Origin: an uncultured Actinomycetota bacterium | GTDB taxonomy: Bacteria > Actinomycetota > Actinomycetes > JAHEKZ01 | Assembly (NCBI GenBank): GCA_963718235.1 | Contig: CAVQYR010000002.1 | Span: forward strand, 832,001-896,000 | Direction of reading: 5' to 3' | DNA: 64,000 nt | Shown here: one piece after another, positions 7,677 through 17,730 of the stretch | Layout of the letters: every line of letters begins with the position of its first letter | How positions within the stretch are numbered: the first letter of the stretch is position 1 | Program-made: the position numbers and the translations under genes | The notes under the pieces: model-generated | Told to the model about the DNA's origin: nothing | The model's database searches: none | What the model saw: only the letters and a program-made list of their open reading frames with translations

Positions 7677-9230
7677 ATGGCCACCCAGTCCGAGGCGCCG
7701 ACCAGCGGCGGAGCCGGCGAGAAGGGGCTCAAGAGCGGGGCGATCGGGTTCGTCTCCGGGGTCGTGATCGGGGTGGCGTCGACCGCTCCGGGCTACAGCC
7801 TGGCGGCCGTGCTGGGCCTGGTCGTCTTCGCGGTGGGGTTCCAGGCGCCGGCGATCATGCTCCTGGCGTTCGTGCCCATGCTGTTCATCGCGGCGTCCTA
7901 CTACTACCTGAACCGGGCCGACCCCGACTGCGGAACGACCTTCGCCTGGGTCACCCGGGCCATGGGGCCGTACTGGGGCTGGATGGGTGGCTGGGGGATC
8001 ATCGTCGCCGACATCATCGTCATGGCGAACCTGGCCGAAGTCGCCTCGATCTACACGTTCGACCTGTTCGGCATCGACAGCGAGAGCAAGTGGCTCGTCG
8101 TCGGGCTCGGCGTGGTCTGGATCGCCGTGATGACCTGGATCACCTGGCGCGGCATCGAGCTCTCAGCGCGCACCCAGCTCTTCCTGCTGGGGGCCGAGAT
8201 CGCTGCGCTGGTCCTCTTCGCCGCTGTCGCCTTGTTCCGGGTCTACTTCGGTGACGTCGCCGGGTCGGTCGATCCGTCCTTGTCGTGGCTGAACCCGTTC
8301 GCGATCGAGGGCACCGATGGCCAGAGCGCCCTTCAGGCGATGACGGCTGGGCTGCTGCTGGCCCTGTTCATCTACTGGGGCTGGGACTCCACGGTAACCG
8401 TCAACGAGGAGACCGAGGACTCCGCGGAGGCCCCGGGGCGGGCCGCGATCTGGTCGACCATCATCCTCCTCGGGATCTACGTGATCGTCTCCGTCGCCGC
8501 GATCGCCTATGCGGGACCGGCGTTCCTCGCCCTGGAGGAGAACCAGGGCGACGCCCTGGGGGTGCTGGCCGCCGACGTCTTGGGTCCGCTCAGCTGGGTG
8601 CTGATCATCGCGGTGCTCACCAGTGCGGCCGCTTCTACCCAGACCACGATCCTGCCGACGGCCCGCACGATGCTCTCGATGGGGGCCAAGGGAGCGGTGC
8701 CCAAGTACTGGGCGAGGATCCACCCGCGCTACCTGACGCCCGGACCAGCGACGCTGTGGATGGGTGCCCTGAGCATCATCTGGTACGTCGGCTTGAAGAT
8801 GGTCTCGGAGAACATCCTCTACGACGCAATCGCGGCCCTCGGCCTGATGATCGCTTTCTACTACGGCCTGACCGGGTACGCCGCGGTCATCTACTACCGC
8901 CGTCACCTGTTCGACAGCGTCAAGGCGTTCGTCATGGTCGGGGTCGCGCCGCTGGTCGGGGCGCTGATCCTCACCTGGGCGCTCGTCCGGTCGGCGATCG
9001 ACCTGGCCGACCCGGCCAACTCCGAGTCCGGGACCTCGTGGTTCGGCTACGGTCCGCCGCTGGTCATCGCGGTGGGCTTCATGGTGCTCGGGCTGATCTT
9101 GATGATCGTCATGCGGGTCACGAGCCCGGAGTTCTTCCGGCGCAAGCCCGAGGTCGTGCCCGAGGAGATCGGTCTGTCGGTGTCGAGCCGGGCCGGCGCC
9201 ACCGCTGACCGCAAGGGAGAGGAGTCCTGA
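7677..9230 (+). CDS. APC-family amino acid/polyamine permease
   Basis: GVASTAPGYSLA and FIYWGWD motifs; about 12 TM segments; SD GGAGG. Confidence 0.9.
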   Translation: MATQSEAPTSGGAGEKGLKSGAIGFVSGVVIGVASTAPGYSLAAVLGLVVFAVGFQAPAIMLLAFVPMLFIAASYYYLNRADPDCGTTFAWVTRAMGPYWGWMGGWGIIVADIIVMANLAEVASIYTFDLFGIDSESKWLVVGLGVVWIAVMTWITWRGIELSARTQLFLLGAEIAALVLFAAVALFRVYFGDVAGSVDPSLSWLNPFAIEGTDGQSALQAMTAGLLLALFIYWGWDSTVTVNEETEDSAEAPGRAAIWSTIILLGIYVIVSVAAIAYAGPAFLALEENQGDALGVLAADVLGPLSWVLIIAVLTSAAASTQTTILPTARTMLSMGAKGAVPKYWARIHPRYLTPGPATLWMGALSIIWYVGLKMVSENILYDAIAALGLMIAFYYGLTGYAAVIYYRRHLFDSVKAFVMVGVAPLVGALILTWALVRSAIDLADPANSESGTSWFGYGPPLVIAVGFMVLGLILMIVMRVTSPEFFRRKPEVVPEEIGLSVSSRAGATADRKGEES

Positions 9231-9640
9231 TGGGCACCATCGTGCTCGGCTACGACGGCAGCGAGGGCGCCAAGGAGGCGCTGCGGGTGGCCACCGACCT
9301 CGCGAAGGGGCTGGGGGACACGGTCCTCGCCATCTTCGGCTACGCGCAGTTCGCCCCGGGTGGTGAGAACCGCGACCACGAGCTCGCCGTGGCCGACCTG
9401 GCCCAGGGTCGGCTCGACGAGGCCACGGAGGCGCTCACCGCAGCCGGTGTCTCCTGCGAGGAGCTGCTCGTGCACCGCCACGCGGCCGAGGCGCTGCTCG
9501 AGGTGGCCGCCGAGCGACAGGCCCGGATGATCGTCGTCGGTTCGGCGGCTGAGCACCCGCTCGTGGGGGCGCTGCTCGGCTCCACGGCCTACAAGCTCGT
9601 CAACCGGTCGGACATCCCCGTGCTCGTCGTCCCCGTGTGA
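9230..9640 (+). CDS. Universal stress protein
   Basis: IVLGYDGS start; IVVGS...LLGSTAYKLV...PVLVVP end. Confidence 0.9.
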   Translation: MGTIVLGYDGSEGAKEALRVATDLAKGLGDTVLAIFGYAQFAPGGENRDHELAVADLAQGRLDEATEALTAAGVSCEELLVHRHAAEALLEVAAERQARMIVVGSAAEHPLVGALLGSTAYKLVNRSDIPVLVVPV

Positions 9641-9720
9641 CCCCACCCCCCGCCCAAGTTGATCTTGGACATCATCTGCCAGGTCAAGCGCTCAGAGGAC
9701 CATCTTCTGCCTGCTCAACA
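9641..9720. repeat. Dispersed MITE/REP-like element, copy 1 (degenerate)
   Basis: CCCAAGTTGATCTTGGAC-N30-CATCTTCTGC shared with 27863-27920. Confidence 0.65.
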
Positions 9721-9743
9721 GGGCAGAGACCGGTGCGGTCGGG

Positions 9744-11135
9744 TCAGGAGGCAGCGGCGAACGCCTTGTCGAGCACGGTCAGGGCCTCCTCGAGCAGGTG
9801 GTCGGGCATGACCAGGGGCGGCAGGAAGCGCAGCACGTTCCCGTAGGTGCCCGCGGTCAGCACGAGCACACCCTCGGCGTGGCAGTACTTCGTCACCGCG
9901 GCGATCACCTCGGTGTTCGGTGTGGTCGTGCCGGGCTGCACGAGCTCGACGGCGAGCATGGCCCCACGCCCACGGACGTCGCCGATGACCGGGTACTTGG
10001 CCTGCATCTCCTTCAGCCGCGGAACCATGATGTCGTTGATGTGCTGCGCGCGTCCGACCAGGTCGAGCTCCTCGATCGTGCGGATCGCACCGAGCGCACC
10101 TGCGCACGCCACCGGGTTGCCGCCGTAGGTGCCGCCGAGCCCGCCCGGGTGGACGGCGTCCATGAGCTCGGCCCGGCCGGTGACCGCCGCGAGCGGCATG
10201 CCGCCTGCGATGCCCTTGGCCGTGGTGATGATGTCGGGCACGACGGAGTCCCAGTCGCAGGCGAACATCTTGCCGGTGCGGGCGAACCCGGTCTGCACCT
10301 CGTCGGCGATGAACACGATGCCGTTGGCCTTGGCGAACTCGGCCAGCCCGGAGAGGAACCCCTCGCCGGGAACGATGAACCCGCCCTCACCGGCGATCGG
10401 CTCGATCAGGATGGCGGCCACCTGGTCGGCCCCGATCTCCTTCTCGATCTTGCTGATGGTCTGGGCGAGCGCCTCGTGGCCGGAGTTCTCCGCGCCACCG
10501 GGCCAGCGGAACGGGTAGGCCAGGGGCATCCGGTAGATCTCGCCGGCGAACGGGCCGAACCCGTACTTGTAGGGCATCGACTTGGCGGTGAGGGCCATGG
10601 TCAGGTTGGTGCGGCCGTGGTAGCCGTGCTCGAACACGACGACGGCCTGTCGCTTGGTCGCGTACCGGGCGATCTTCACCGCGTTCTCCACGGCCTCGGC
10701 GCCGGAGTTGAACAGCGCCGTCTTCTTGGCGTGGTCGCCGGGGGTCAGCCGGTTGAGCTGCTCGGCCACGGCGACGTAGCCCTCGTACGGAGTGACCATG
10801 AAGCAGGTGTGGGTGAACTGGGCGACCTGCTGCTGCACGCCCTCGACCACCGCGGGTGCGGCGTTGCCGACGCTGGTGACGGCGATGCCGGAGCCGAGGT
10901 CGATCAGGGAGTTGCCGTCGACGTCGACGACGACGCCCCCACCGGCGGCCGTGACGAAGATGGGCAGGATCGTTCCGACCCCGTCGGCCACGGCACCGGT
11001 CTTGCGGCCGAGTAGCTCCACAGACCTCGGGCCGGGGATCGCGGTGACGACGCGGCGCTCCTGGGGCAGGTCGGGCCCGCCGAGGGGTGCGCTGGGCGCG
11101 CCGGCGATGGCACTGCCGGTGGTGGTGTCGCTCAT
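9744..11135 (-). CDS. gabT: 4-aminobutyrate--2-oxoglutarate transaminase
   Basis: Class III PLP aminotransferase: FNSGAEAVENAVK, EPIAGEGG, DEVQTGFARTG, TAKGIAGG. Confidence 0.92.
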   Translation of the reverse strand: MSDTTTGSAIAGAPSAPLGGPDLPQERRVVTAIPGPRSVELLGRKTGAVADGVGTILPIFVTAAGGGVVVDVDGNSLIDLGSGIAVTSVGNAAPAVVEGVQQQVAQFTHTCFMVTPYEGYVAVAEQLNRLTPGDHAKKTALFNSGAEAVENAVKIARYATKRQAVVVFEHGYHGRTNLTMALTAKSMPYKYGFGPFAGEIYRMPLAYPFRWPGGAENSGHEALAQTISKIEKEIGADQVAAILIEPIAGEGGFIVPGEGFLSGLAEFAKANGIVFIADEVQTGFARTGKMFACDWDSVVPDIITTAKGIAGGMPLAAVTGRAELMDAVHPGGLGGTYGGNPVACAGALGAIRTIEELDLVGRAQHINDIMVPRLKEMQAKYPVIGDVRGRGAMLAVELVQPGTTTPNTEVIAAVTKYCHAEGVLVLTAGTYGNVLRFLPPLVMPDHLLEEALTVLDKAFAAAS

Positions 11136-11239
11136 GGGAATCGCCGTCCTTGGTTGCGAGGGTGCGGCCAGGGTAAGCACAGGGCCGCCAACTCGTCGCC
11201 CTGACCCGATGGACAATCAGTCCGCTACGCTTGGCCGCC

Positions 11240-12844
11240 ATGTCCACCTCCGGGTCCACCTCCAGGTCGGACGCACCACCGACCCCGACCGGCCGCCTTC
11301 GGGCTCCCACGCTGCGCACCGTGCTCGGCATGCCGGGGCTCTCGGTCGTGCTGCGGTGCGGGCGCGACGCGCTCGACCGGCCGGTGCGCTGGGTCGCGGT
11401 CAGCGAGCTGGAGGACCCCACCCCCTATCTCGAGGGCGGTGAGCTGCTGCTGACGACCGGCCTGCGGCTCACCGACGACAACGCAGCCGAGTACGTCTCG
11501 CGACTGGTGGACGTCGGTGTCACCGGGCTCGGGCTCGGGGTTGGACTCACCCACGACGTCGTGCCCGAGCCGTTGCTGGACGCTGCCGAGCGGGCGGGTC
11601 TCCCGGTCCTGGAGGTGCCGGAGCCCACCTCGTTCATCGCGATCAGCCAGGCCGTCTCGGACCTGCTGGCCGCGGCGGAGTACGAGGCGGTGTCCCGGGC
11701 GGTCGGGGCCCAGCGCGACCTGACCCGTGCGGCGCTCGCCCCCGATGGTGCGGGCGCGGTCGTTGCCCGGCTGGCCAAGGAGCTGGCTGCCCAGGTGGTC
11801 CTGCTCGACGCCGCAGGTCGGATGGTCCACGCGGCACCGCGCGAGGCCGAGGCCCTGCTGGCGTCCCTCGGCCCGCAGGTCGAGCGGCTGCGCGGTCACG
11901 GGGCCAATTCGTCGGCGGCCTTCGACCACGAGGGGCGGTTCGTCGTCCTGCAACCCCTGGCTGCGGCAGGTCGGGTCCGTGGTTACCTGGCGCTGGCCCG
12001 ACCGGCGCCGTTCACCGTGCCCGACCACCAGCTCATCGGGGTGGGGGTGGCCCTGGTCGGGCTGGCACTCGAGCGACCTCAAGGCACCGACACCGCTCGT
12101 CGCGACCTGCGGGATGCCGTCTTTGCGCTCCTGGCCGACGGTTCACCCGCGACGACACTGCCGATGGCCGCGGTGGGTTGGCACGAGCTGATGGCCGGAC
12201 CGATCCGGGTGCTGGTCACCGAAGGGCCGGGCGCGCGACTGCTGGAGCTGCTGGAGGCGGTGGAGGACTCCGCGGCCGACCCCGGGTGGAGGGGCGCCGC
12301 GCGCGACGAGGACCGCCTTGTCGTGCTGGTCGCCTCGGTGACACCCGACGAGCCCGAGGGCGGGACCACCTCACTCGACCCATCGGTGCCGCCCGAGGTG
12401 GCCGAGGTCGTGTCGCTCGGTCCAGACCTGGCGTGGGGCGTGAGCGACGTCGTGGTGGCCGACCATGGGCTGGCCGACGGGCTCCGGCAGGCCCGCCGGG
12501 CGTGGGCAGCGTCCGAGCCCGGCGCGGTGCGGGTGTTCGGGGAGCTGGGGCGAGGCGGCGTGGTCGGCCTGATCGACCCCGAGGCCGGTCGCGGCTTCGC
12601 CGACCGCCTGCTGGCTCCGCTGGAGTCGCGCGACCGGGGCGACCTCGTGGCCTCGGTGCGGGCCTGGCTGGCCCACCTGGGGCAGTGGGACGCCGCCGCG
12701 ACCAGCCTCGGGGTCCACCGGCACACCCTGCGCTACCGGATGCGGCGGGTCGAAGAGCTGTTGGGCCGAAGCCTCGACGACGCGGGCCTGCGCGCCGACC
12801 TGTGGGTCGCCCTGGCGATCCGCGACCGGGACGCTGCCGACTGA
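11240..12844 (+). CDS. PucR-family transcriptional regulator
   Basis: N-terminal VRWVAVSELEDPTPYLEGGELLLTTG; C-terminal HTH LGVHRHTLRYR; divergent from gabT. Confidence 0.92.
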   Translation: MSTSGSTSRSDAPPTPTGRLRAPTLRTVLGMPGLSVVLRCGRDALDRPVRWVAVSELEDPTPYLEGGELLLTTGLRLTDDNAAEYVSRLVDVGVTGLGLGVGLTHDVVPEPLLDAAERAGLPVLEVPEPTSFIAISQAVSDLLAAAEYEAVSRAVGAQRDLTRAALAPDGAGAVVARLAKELAAQVVLLDAAGRMVHAAPREAEALLASLGPQVERLRGHGANSSAAFDHEGRFVVLQPLAAAGRVRGYLALARPAPFTVPDHQLIGVGVALVGLALERPQGTDTARRDLRDAVFALLADGSPATTLPMAAVGWHELMAGPIRVLVTEGPGARLLELLEAVEDSAADPGWRGAARDEDRLVVLVASVTPDEPEGGTTSLDPSVPPEVAEVVSLGPDLAWGVSDVVVADHGLADGLRQARRAWAASEPGAVRVFGELGRGGVVGLIDPEAGRGFADRLLAPLESRDRGDLVASVRAWLAHLGQWDAAATSLGVHRHTLRYRMRRVEELLGRSLDDAGLRADLWVALAIRDRDAAD

Positions 12845-12931
12845 GCACTTGTCCATGATGGCGGCACGAGTGCCTCCTTCTGGACGCGGCGGCCATCAGG
12901 TCCTCGAGACCACTCGACCTAACGTCGGCCC

Positions 12932-14374
12932 ATGACCGACATCCATCCGTTCTGGCTCGCCGGCCGCCCAGCCACCAGCGAGGCGACCCTCGACGTCTTC
13001 AACCCCCACACCGGTGCGGTCGTCGGCGCCGTGTTCGTCCCCACCCCGGCCCAGGTCGAAGCGGCCGTCGCTGCGGCGCACGACAGCGCGGAGGCGGCGC
13101 AGCGGCTGACCCTGGCCCAGCGCGCCGACGCCCTGGCCCACGTCTCGCGGCGGATCACCGAGCGGGCCGAGGAGATCGCCACCCTGATCACCGCCGAGAA
13201 CGGCAAGCCGATCACCTGGGCCCGGGTCGAGGCGACCCGGGCCGCCAGCGTGTTCCGCTGGGCCGCCGAGGAGACCCGTCGCTGGAACGGTGACGTGCAG
13301 CGCCTGGACACCGAAGCCGCCAGCGCGGGGCGGATGGCGCTGGTCCGGCGGGTCCCCAAGGGTGCAATCCTCGGGATCGCGCCGTTCAACTTCCCGTTGA
13401 ACCTGGTGGCCCACAAGGTGGCGCCGGCGATCGCCGTCGGTGCACCGATCCTGGTCAAGCCCGCTCCGGCGACCCCGCTGTCGGCGCTGCTGCTGGGAGA
13501 GCTGCTCGCCGAGACCGACCTGCCCGAGGGCATGTGGTCGGTGCTGCCCGTGCCGAACGACGCCATGCCTGACCTCGTCGCCGACCCGCGGCTGCCGATC
13601 ATCTCGTTCACCGGCTCCGCGCCGGTCGGCTATGCGATCCAGGCCTCGGTGCCCCGCAAGCACGTCGTCCTCGAGCTGGGCGGCAACGCCGCTGCCGTCG
13701 TCCTGGCCGACTACTCCAGCGACGCCGACCTGGAGTGGGCGTCCTCTCGCATCGCGACCTTCGCCAACTACCAGGCGGGGCAGTCGTGCATCTCGGTGCA
13801 GCGGGTGCTGGTCGACCGTTCGCTGTACGACACGCTGGTCCCGATGGTGGTCGAGAAGGTCCAGGCCCTGCCGACGGGTGACCCCACCGACGACGCCACG
13901 GTCGTCGGCCCGCTCGTCGACGAGAACGCCGCCCGCCGGGTGGAGCAGTGGATCGACGAGGCCGTGACGGCCGGAGCGATCGTGCTGACCGGGGGACAGC
14001 GGGACGGGGCGCATGTCGCACCCGCCGTCCTGGTCGACGTGCCCGCAGACGCCAAGGTCGCCTGCGAGGAGGTCTTCGGACCGGTGGTCATCCTGAGTCC
14101 GGTCGACGGCGTCGACGACGCGGTCGCCACGGTCAACGCCTCGCGCTTCGGTCTGCAGGCCGGGGTGTTCACCCACGACCTGCAGACTGCGTTCCGGCTG
14201 CACCGTGACCTGCACGTCGGCGGCGTGGTGATCGGTGACGTGCCGAGCTTCCGGGCCGACCAGATGCCCTACGGCGGGGTGAAGGAGTCCGGCGTGGGCC
14301 GCGAGGGCGTGCGCTACGCGATGGAGGACTTCACCGAGGAGCGGGTCCTGGTGCTCACCGGCCTCGACCTCTGA
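12932..14374 (+). CDS. Aldehyde dehydrogenase
   Basis: PFNFP, SFTGS, LELGGN, GQSC, EEVFGP and YGGVKESG motifs. Confidence 0.93.
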   Translation: MTDIHPFWLAGRPATSEATLDVFNPHTGAVVGAVFVPTPAQVEAAVAAAHDSAEAAQRLTLAQRADALAHVSRRITERAEEIATLITAENGKPITWARVEATRAASVFRWAAEETRRWNGDVQRLDTEAASAGRMALVRRVPKGAILGIAPFNFPLNLVAHKVAPAIAVGAPILVKPAPATPLSALLLGELLAETDLPEGMWSVLPVPNDAMPDLVADPRLPIISFTGSAPVGYAIQASVPRKHVVLELGGNAAAVVLADYSSDADLEWASSRIATFANYQAGQSCISVQRVLVDRSLYDTLVPMVVEKVQALPTGDPTDDATVVGPLVDENAARRVEQWIDEAVTAGAIVLTGGQRDGAHVAPAVLVDVPADAKVACEEVFGPVVILSPVDGVDDAVATVNASRFGLQAGVFTHDLQTAFRLHRDLHVGGVVIGDVPSFRADQMPYGGVKESGVGREGVRYAMEDFTEERVLVLTGLDL

Positions 14375-14423
14375 CGCACTCCCCGGCAGCCCAGAAGCAC
14401 AGCACCGCCCCGTTCCGGAGTCA

Positions 14424-14453
14424 TGGCTGGAATCGTGGCCCGGATTCCAGCCA
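14424..14453 (+). terminator. Stem-loop downstream of the ALDH gene
   Basis: TGGCTGGAATC-N8-GATTCCAGCCA, perfect 11-bp stem. Confidence 0.5.
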
Positions 14454-14631
14454 CAGCTGCGGAATGCAGACCTGTGTCGTGAACCGAAGAGCACGCCGGG
14501 TGCGACAGGGAGGGTGACTGCCACCTTTGGAGGCTACCGATGACCCGTCGCGCTCACCACCATGGTGGTCACCGGCGGCCAGGTTCTGCGGGCGCTGGTC
14601 GTTGGGGCCGGTGAGGGGCACAGTGACGGAC

Positions 14632-15210
14632 ATGGCGTCGGCCGGGCACGCACATGGCACCGGGTACGGGAGCGAACCGCGCCCGGACGGCCGCAGCGAC
14701 GCCGATCTGCTGCTGGCGCTCGGCGGCGGTGACCGCAGTGCGCTCGAGCCGCTGTACGAGCGGCACGCGCCGTGGCTGTTGCTCCGGCTGCAGCGTCGCT
14801 GCGCGGACGCCGGTCTCGTCGACGAGGTGGTGCAGGACACGTTCGTCGCTGTCTGGCGATCAGCGCGGCGCTACGACGGGCGTGGTGAGGTCGCCGCGTG
14901 GATCTGGGGGATCGGCGTTCGACGACTCGTCGACGCCGTGCGACGTCGCCCCCGGGGAGTACCGGTGGCGGAGGTTTCGGGCGACGGCGTTGAGCTGTCG
15001 GCCGAGGAACGGGTGCTGCTCGGCGTGGAGTACGGCGACTTGGCGGGCGCACTCGATCGCCTGTCACCTGAGCTGCGGGCCGTGGTCCAGGCGACGGTCC
15101 TCGACGGGCTGACCACCAACGAGGCGGCGCGTCTGCTCGGCATCCCCCAGGGGACGGTGAAGACCCGCATGTCGCGCGCGCGGGTGCAGCTAAGGGAGGA
15201 ACTGGCATGA
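14632..15210 (+). CDS. ECF RNA polymerase sigma factor
   Basis: Region 2 (DEVVQDTFVAVW, AAWIWGIG) and region 4 (LGIPQGTVKTRMSRAR); start could be the GTG at 14623. Confidence 0.9.
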   Translation: MASAGHAHGTGYGSEPRPDGRSDADLLLALGGGDRSALEPLYERHAPWLLLRLQRRCADAGLVDEVVQDTFVAVWRSARRYDGRGEVAAWIWGIGVRRLVDAVRRRPRGVPVAEVSGDGVELSAEERVLLGVEYGDLAGALDRLSPELRAVVQATVLDGLTTNEAARLLGIPQGTVKTRMSRARVQLREELA

Positions 15211-16031
15211 CTTGGCATCTCAGCGACGGTCTCGTGGACCAGTACGTGACAGGCACTCTCGCGGGAGCCCGAGCGGCGTCGGTCGAGGCCCACACGATGG
15301 CCTGCGACCAGTGCCGGGCGGAGCTGGTCGAGTCCGCCCGACAGGCGGTTCCTTCCGCCCGGCTCAGTGCGGTCTGGGCCGAGGTCCAGGCGGAGGTCGA
15401 CGCGCCGCGTCCCACCTGGGGGGAGCGCCTGGCGCTTAGGCTCGGAGTGGACGCCGACGAGGCTCGGCTGGTCGCGACCGCACCGTCACTGCGGGCTTCC
15501 TGGTTGGCGGCGCTGGTGTTGGTCCTGGGGTTCGCCGGCTTGGCGCCGGCGATGCGCGACGGGACGCCGCTGCTCCTGCTCGTCGTCGCACCGTTGGTCC
15601 CGGTGCTGGCGGTTGCCGGCGCCTACGGACGACTGGTCGACTCGTCATTCGAGGTGGCGCAGGCGACGCCCTACCCCGCAGGTCGGCTTCTGCTGCTGCG
15701 GGTGCTTGCCGTGCTCGTCGTGTCACTCGCCATCACCGCCATGTTCACCCTTGCCTTCTCGCAGGGCTGGCGGCCCTTGGTGTGGCTGCTCCCGGCCTTG
15801 GCGATGGTGTCGTTGTCGTTGGTGTTGGCGCGGTGGCTGCCGCTCGCCCTCGCCGCGGCGGGAGTGTCAACCACCTACCTGCTGGTCGTCGCGACCAGCA
15901 TTGTTGAAGGCCCGGACGTCACCGTCGTCTTCGAAGGCACCGCAGGCTGGGCCTGGGCGGCGGTCCTCGTCGGCTGTCTCGCGATCCTGGCCTCCCCACC
16001 CCATCGGCGCGCCATCAGGAGGTTGTCGTGA
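15207..16031 (+). CDS. zf-HC2 zinc anti-sigma factor with multi-TM C-terminus
   Basis: HxxxCxxC (HTMACDQC); ATGA overlap with the sigma gene. Confidence 0.85.
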   Translation: MTWHLSDGLVDQYVTGTLAGARAASVEAHTMACDQCRAELVESARQAVPSARLSAVWAEVQAEVDAPRPTWGERLALRLGVDADEARLVATAPSLRASWLAALVLVLGFAGLAPAMRDGTPLLLLVVAPLVPVLAVAGAYGRLVDSSFEVAQATPYPAGRLLLLRVLAVLVVSLAITAMFTLAFSQGWRPLVWLLPALAMVSLSLVLARWLPLALAAAGVSTTYLLVVATSIVEGPDVTVVFEGTAGWAWAAVLVGCLAILASPPHRRAIRRLS

Positions 16032-16885
16032 ACGATTCCATCGTGGTGCAGGACCTGGCCAAGCGGTTCGCCCGCACCCGGGCGCTGGAGGACGTCTCCT
16101 TCTCACTGTCGCGCGGCGTCACCGGCCTGCTCGGGCCCAATGGTGCGGGCAAGACCACGCTGCTTCGCATCCTGGCGACCGTCCTTGCTCCCGACGCCGG
16201 CCGGCTGTCGGTGTGCGGTCACGACCCCGCGCACCTCGACGGCCGCACCGAGATCCGTCGCCAGCTCGGCTACCTGCCGCAGGACCCCGGGTTCCAGCGC
16301 GGTTTCAGTGCGTTCGAGTTCGTCGACTACCTGGCGATCCTCAAGGAGCTCGGCCCGGCGCGGGCGCGCCACGACGAGGTCCGCCGCGTCCTCGAGCTCG
16401 TCGACCTCACCGCCGTCAGCGGCAAGCGCATCCGTGCCCTGTCCGGGGGGATGCGCCGTCGAGTCGCCTTGGCCGCGGCGCTGCTCGGCGACCCCGCACT
16501 CCTGGTCCTGGACGAGCCCACTGCCGGGCTCGACCCGGAGCAGCGGCTTCGCTTCCGCGAGCTCGTGTCCCGTGCCGGAGAGGGGCGCACGGTGGTGCTG
16601 TCCACCCACCAGACCGAGGACGTCGCGGCGTTGTGCCACGACGTCGTGGTGCTGCACCACGGTCGGGTGCACTTCCAGGGAGGGCCGGCCGAGCTGGCGT
16701 CGGTGGCCAACGGGCGGGTGTGGTTCGGGCCAGAGCGCGACCCCCAGGCCCGGATCGCCTGGCGCGGGGGCGACGGGCAGTTCCGGCACCTGGGCGAGCC
16801 GCCCGCGGGGGTCATTGTCAGCAGCCCGACGCTGGAAGACGGGTACCTGTGGCTGGTCGGGGACTCCGAGGCGGCAGCGGCATGA
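16028..16885 (+). CDS. ABC transporter ATP-binding protein
   Basis: GPNGAGKT, LSGGM, LVLDEP and LSTH motifs. Confidence 0.95.
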   Translation: MNDSIVVQDLAKRFARTRALEDVSFSLSRGVTGLLGPNGAGKTTLLRILATVLAPDAGRLSVCGHDPAHLDGRTEIRRQLGYLPQDPGFQRGFSAFEFVDYLAILKELGPARARHDEVRRVLELVDLTAVSGKRIRALSGGMRRRVALAAALLGDPALLVLDEPTAGLDPEQRLRFRELVSRAGEGRTVVLSTHQTEDVAALCHDVVVLHHGRVHFQGGPAELASVANGRVWFGPERDPQARIAWRGGDGQFRHLGEPPAGVIVSSPTLEDGYLWLVGDSEAAAA

Positions 16886-17730
16886 CGGCCGAGGCCCTCA
16901 CCGCGGGTCCTGTGGTCGACCGCGGTAGTCGTTCGCTGCGCAGCCGGTGGGCGCTGGGCCGCGTCGAGGCCCGGCGCATGCTCACCAACCCCGCCTACGC
17001 CGTGCTCCTGGCGTTCATCCTGCTGAGCACCGGCGGGCTCACCGTGAGTGGTGACCAGCGTGGCTGGGTGCCGACGAGGCCGGAGGCGTACGACCGGCTG
17101 CAGGGCCTGCTCGTCCTCTACGCCGGGCTGGCGACCTACGTCGTCGCCCACCTGGTGTCGACGTCGGCCCGGCGCAGCGGTGCGCAGGCACAGCTGGCGT
17201 CGGCGCCCGGGGGGGAGCGGACCCGGATCCTGGGCCTGGTGCTGGGGATCGTCAGGGGACCGCTCGTCGTGGCAGCTGCGCTGCTGGCCGTGCTCGCGTG
17301 GCTGGGCAACGACGTCCGGCTGGCGTCCGGCCAGGCCCCGCTGAGCGGGCTCCAGCTGGTCCAGCTCGCCCTCATGGTGCTGGGCGGTGGCGTGTTCGGG
17401 GTCATGGTTGCCACCTGGCTGCGCTTCCCGGGGTCCTTGCTCCTCGGCCTGTTCACCCTCGTGTTCGTCACCGGCTGGTTGGCGGGTGACGCGGCGGCCT
17501 ACGCAGGGTGGTTGCCCCCGCTGGTGCCGTTCCTCACGGCTACCGACTGGTTCGACGCGGTGCCGCTCACCGGAGCGGTTCACGCCTGGCACACGGTGTA
17601 CATGGTCGGTCTCTGCGGGCTCGGCGTGGTGGCGGCAGCGCTGCACGATCCGGCGCGCCGGGTGCCGTGGGTCATCACCGGGGCCGTCGTCCTCGCCGTG
17701 ACCGCCGCCGCAGCGACGGCGCAGGCATGA
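16882..17730 (+). CDS. ABC transporter permease-like membrane protein
   Basis: Hydrophobic C-terminal part of ORF 15367..17730; ATGA overlap with the ATPase stop. Confidence 0.75.
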   Translation: MTAEALTAGPVVDRGSRSLRSRWALGRVEARRMLTNPAYAVLLAFILLSTGGLTVSGDQRGWVPTRPEAYDRLQGLLVLYAGLATYVVAHLVSTSARRSGAQAQLASAPGGERTRILGLVLGIVRGPLVVAAALLAVLAWLGNDVRLASGQAPLSGLQLVQLALMVLGGGVFGVMVATWLRFPGSLLLGLFTLVFVTGWLAGDAAAYAGWLPPLVPFLTATDWFDAVPLTGAVHAWHTVYMVGLCGLGVVAAALHDPARRVPWVITGAVVLAVTAAAATAQA

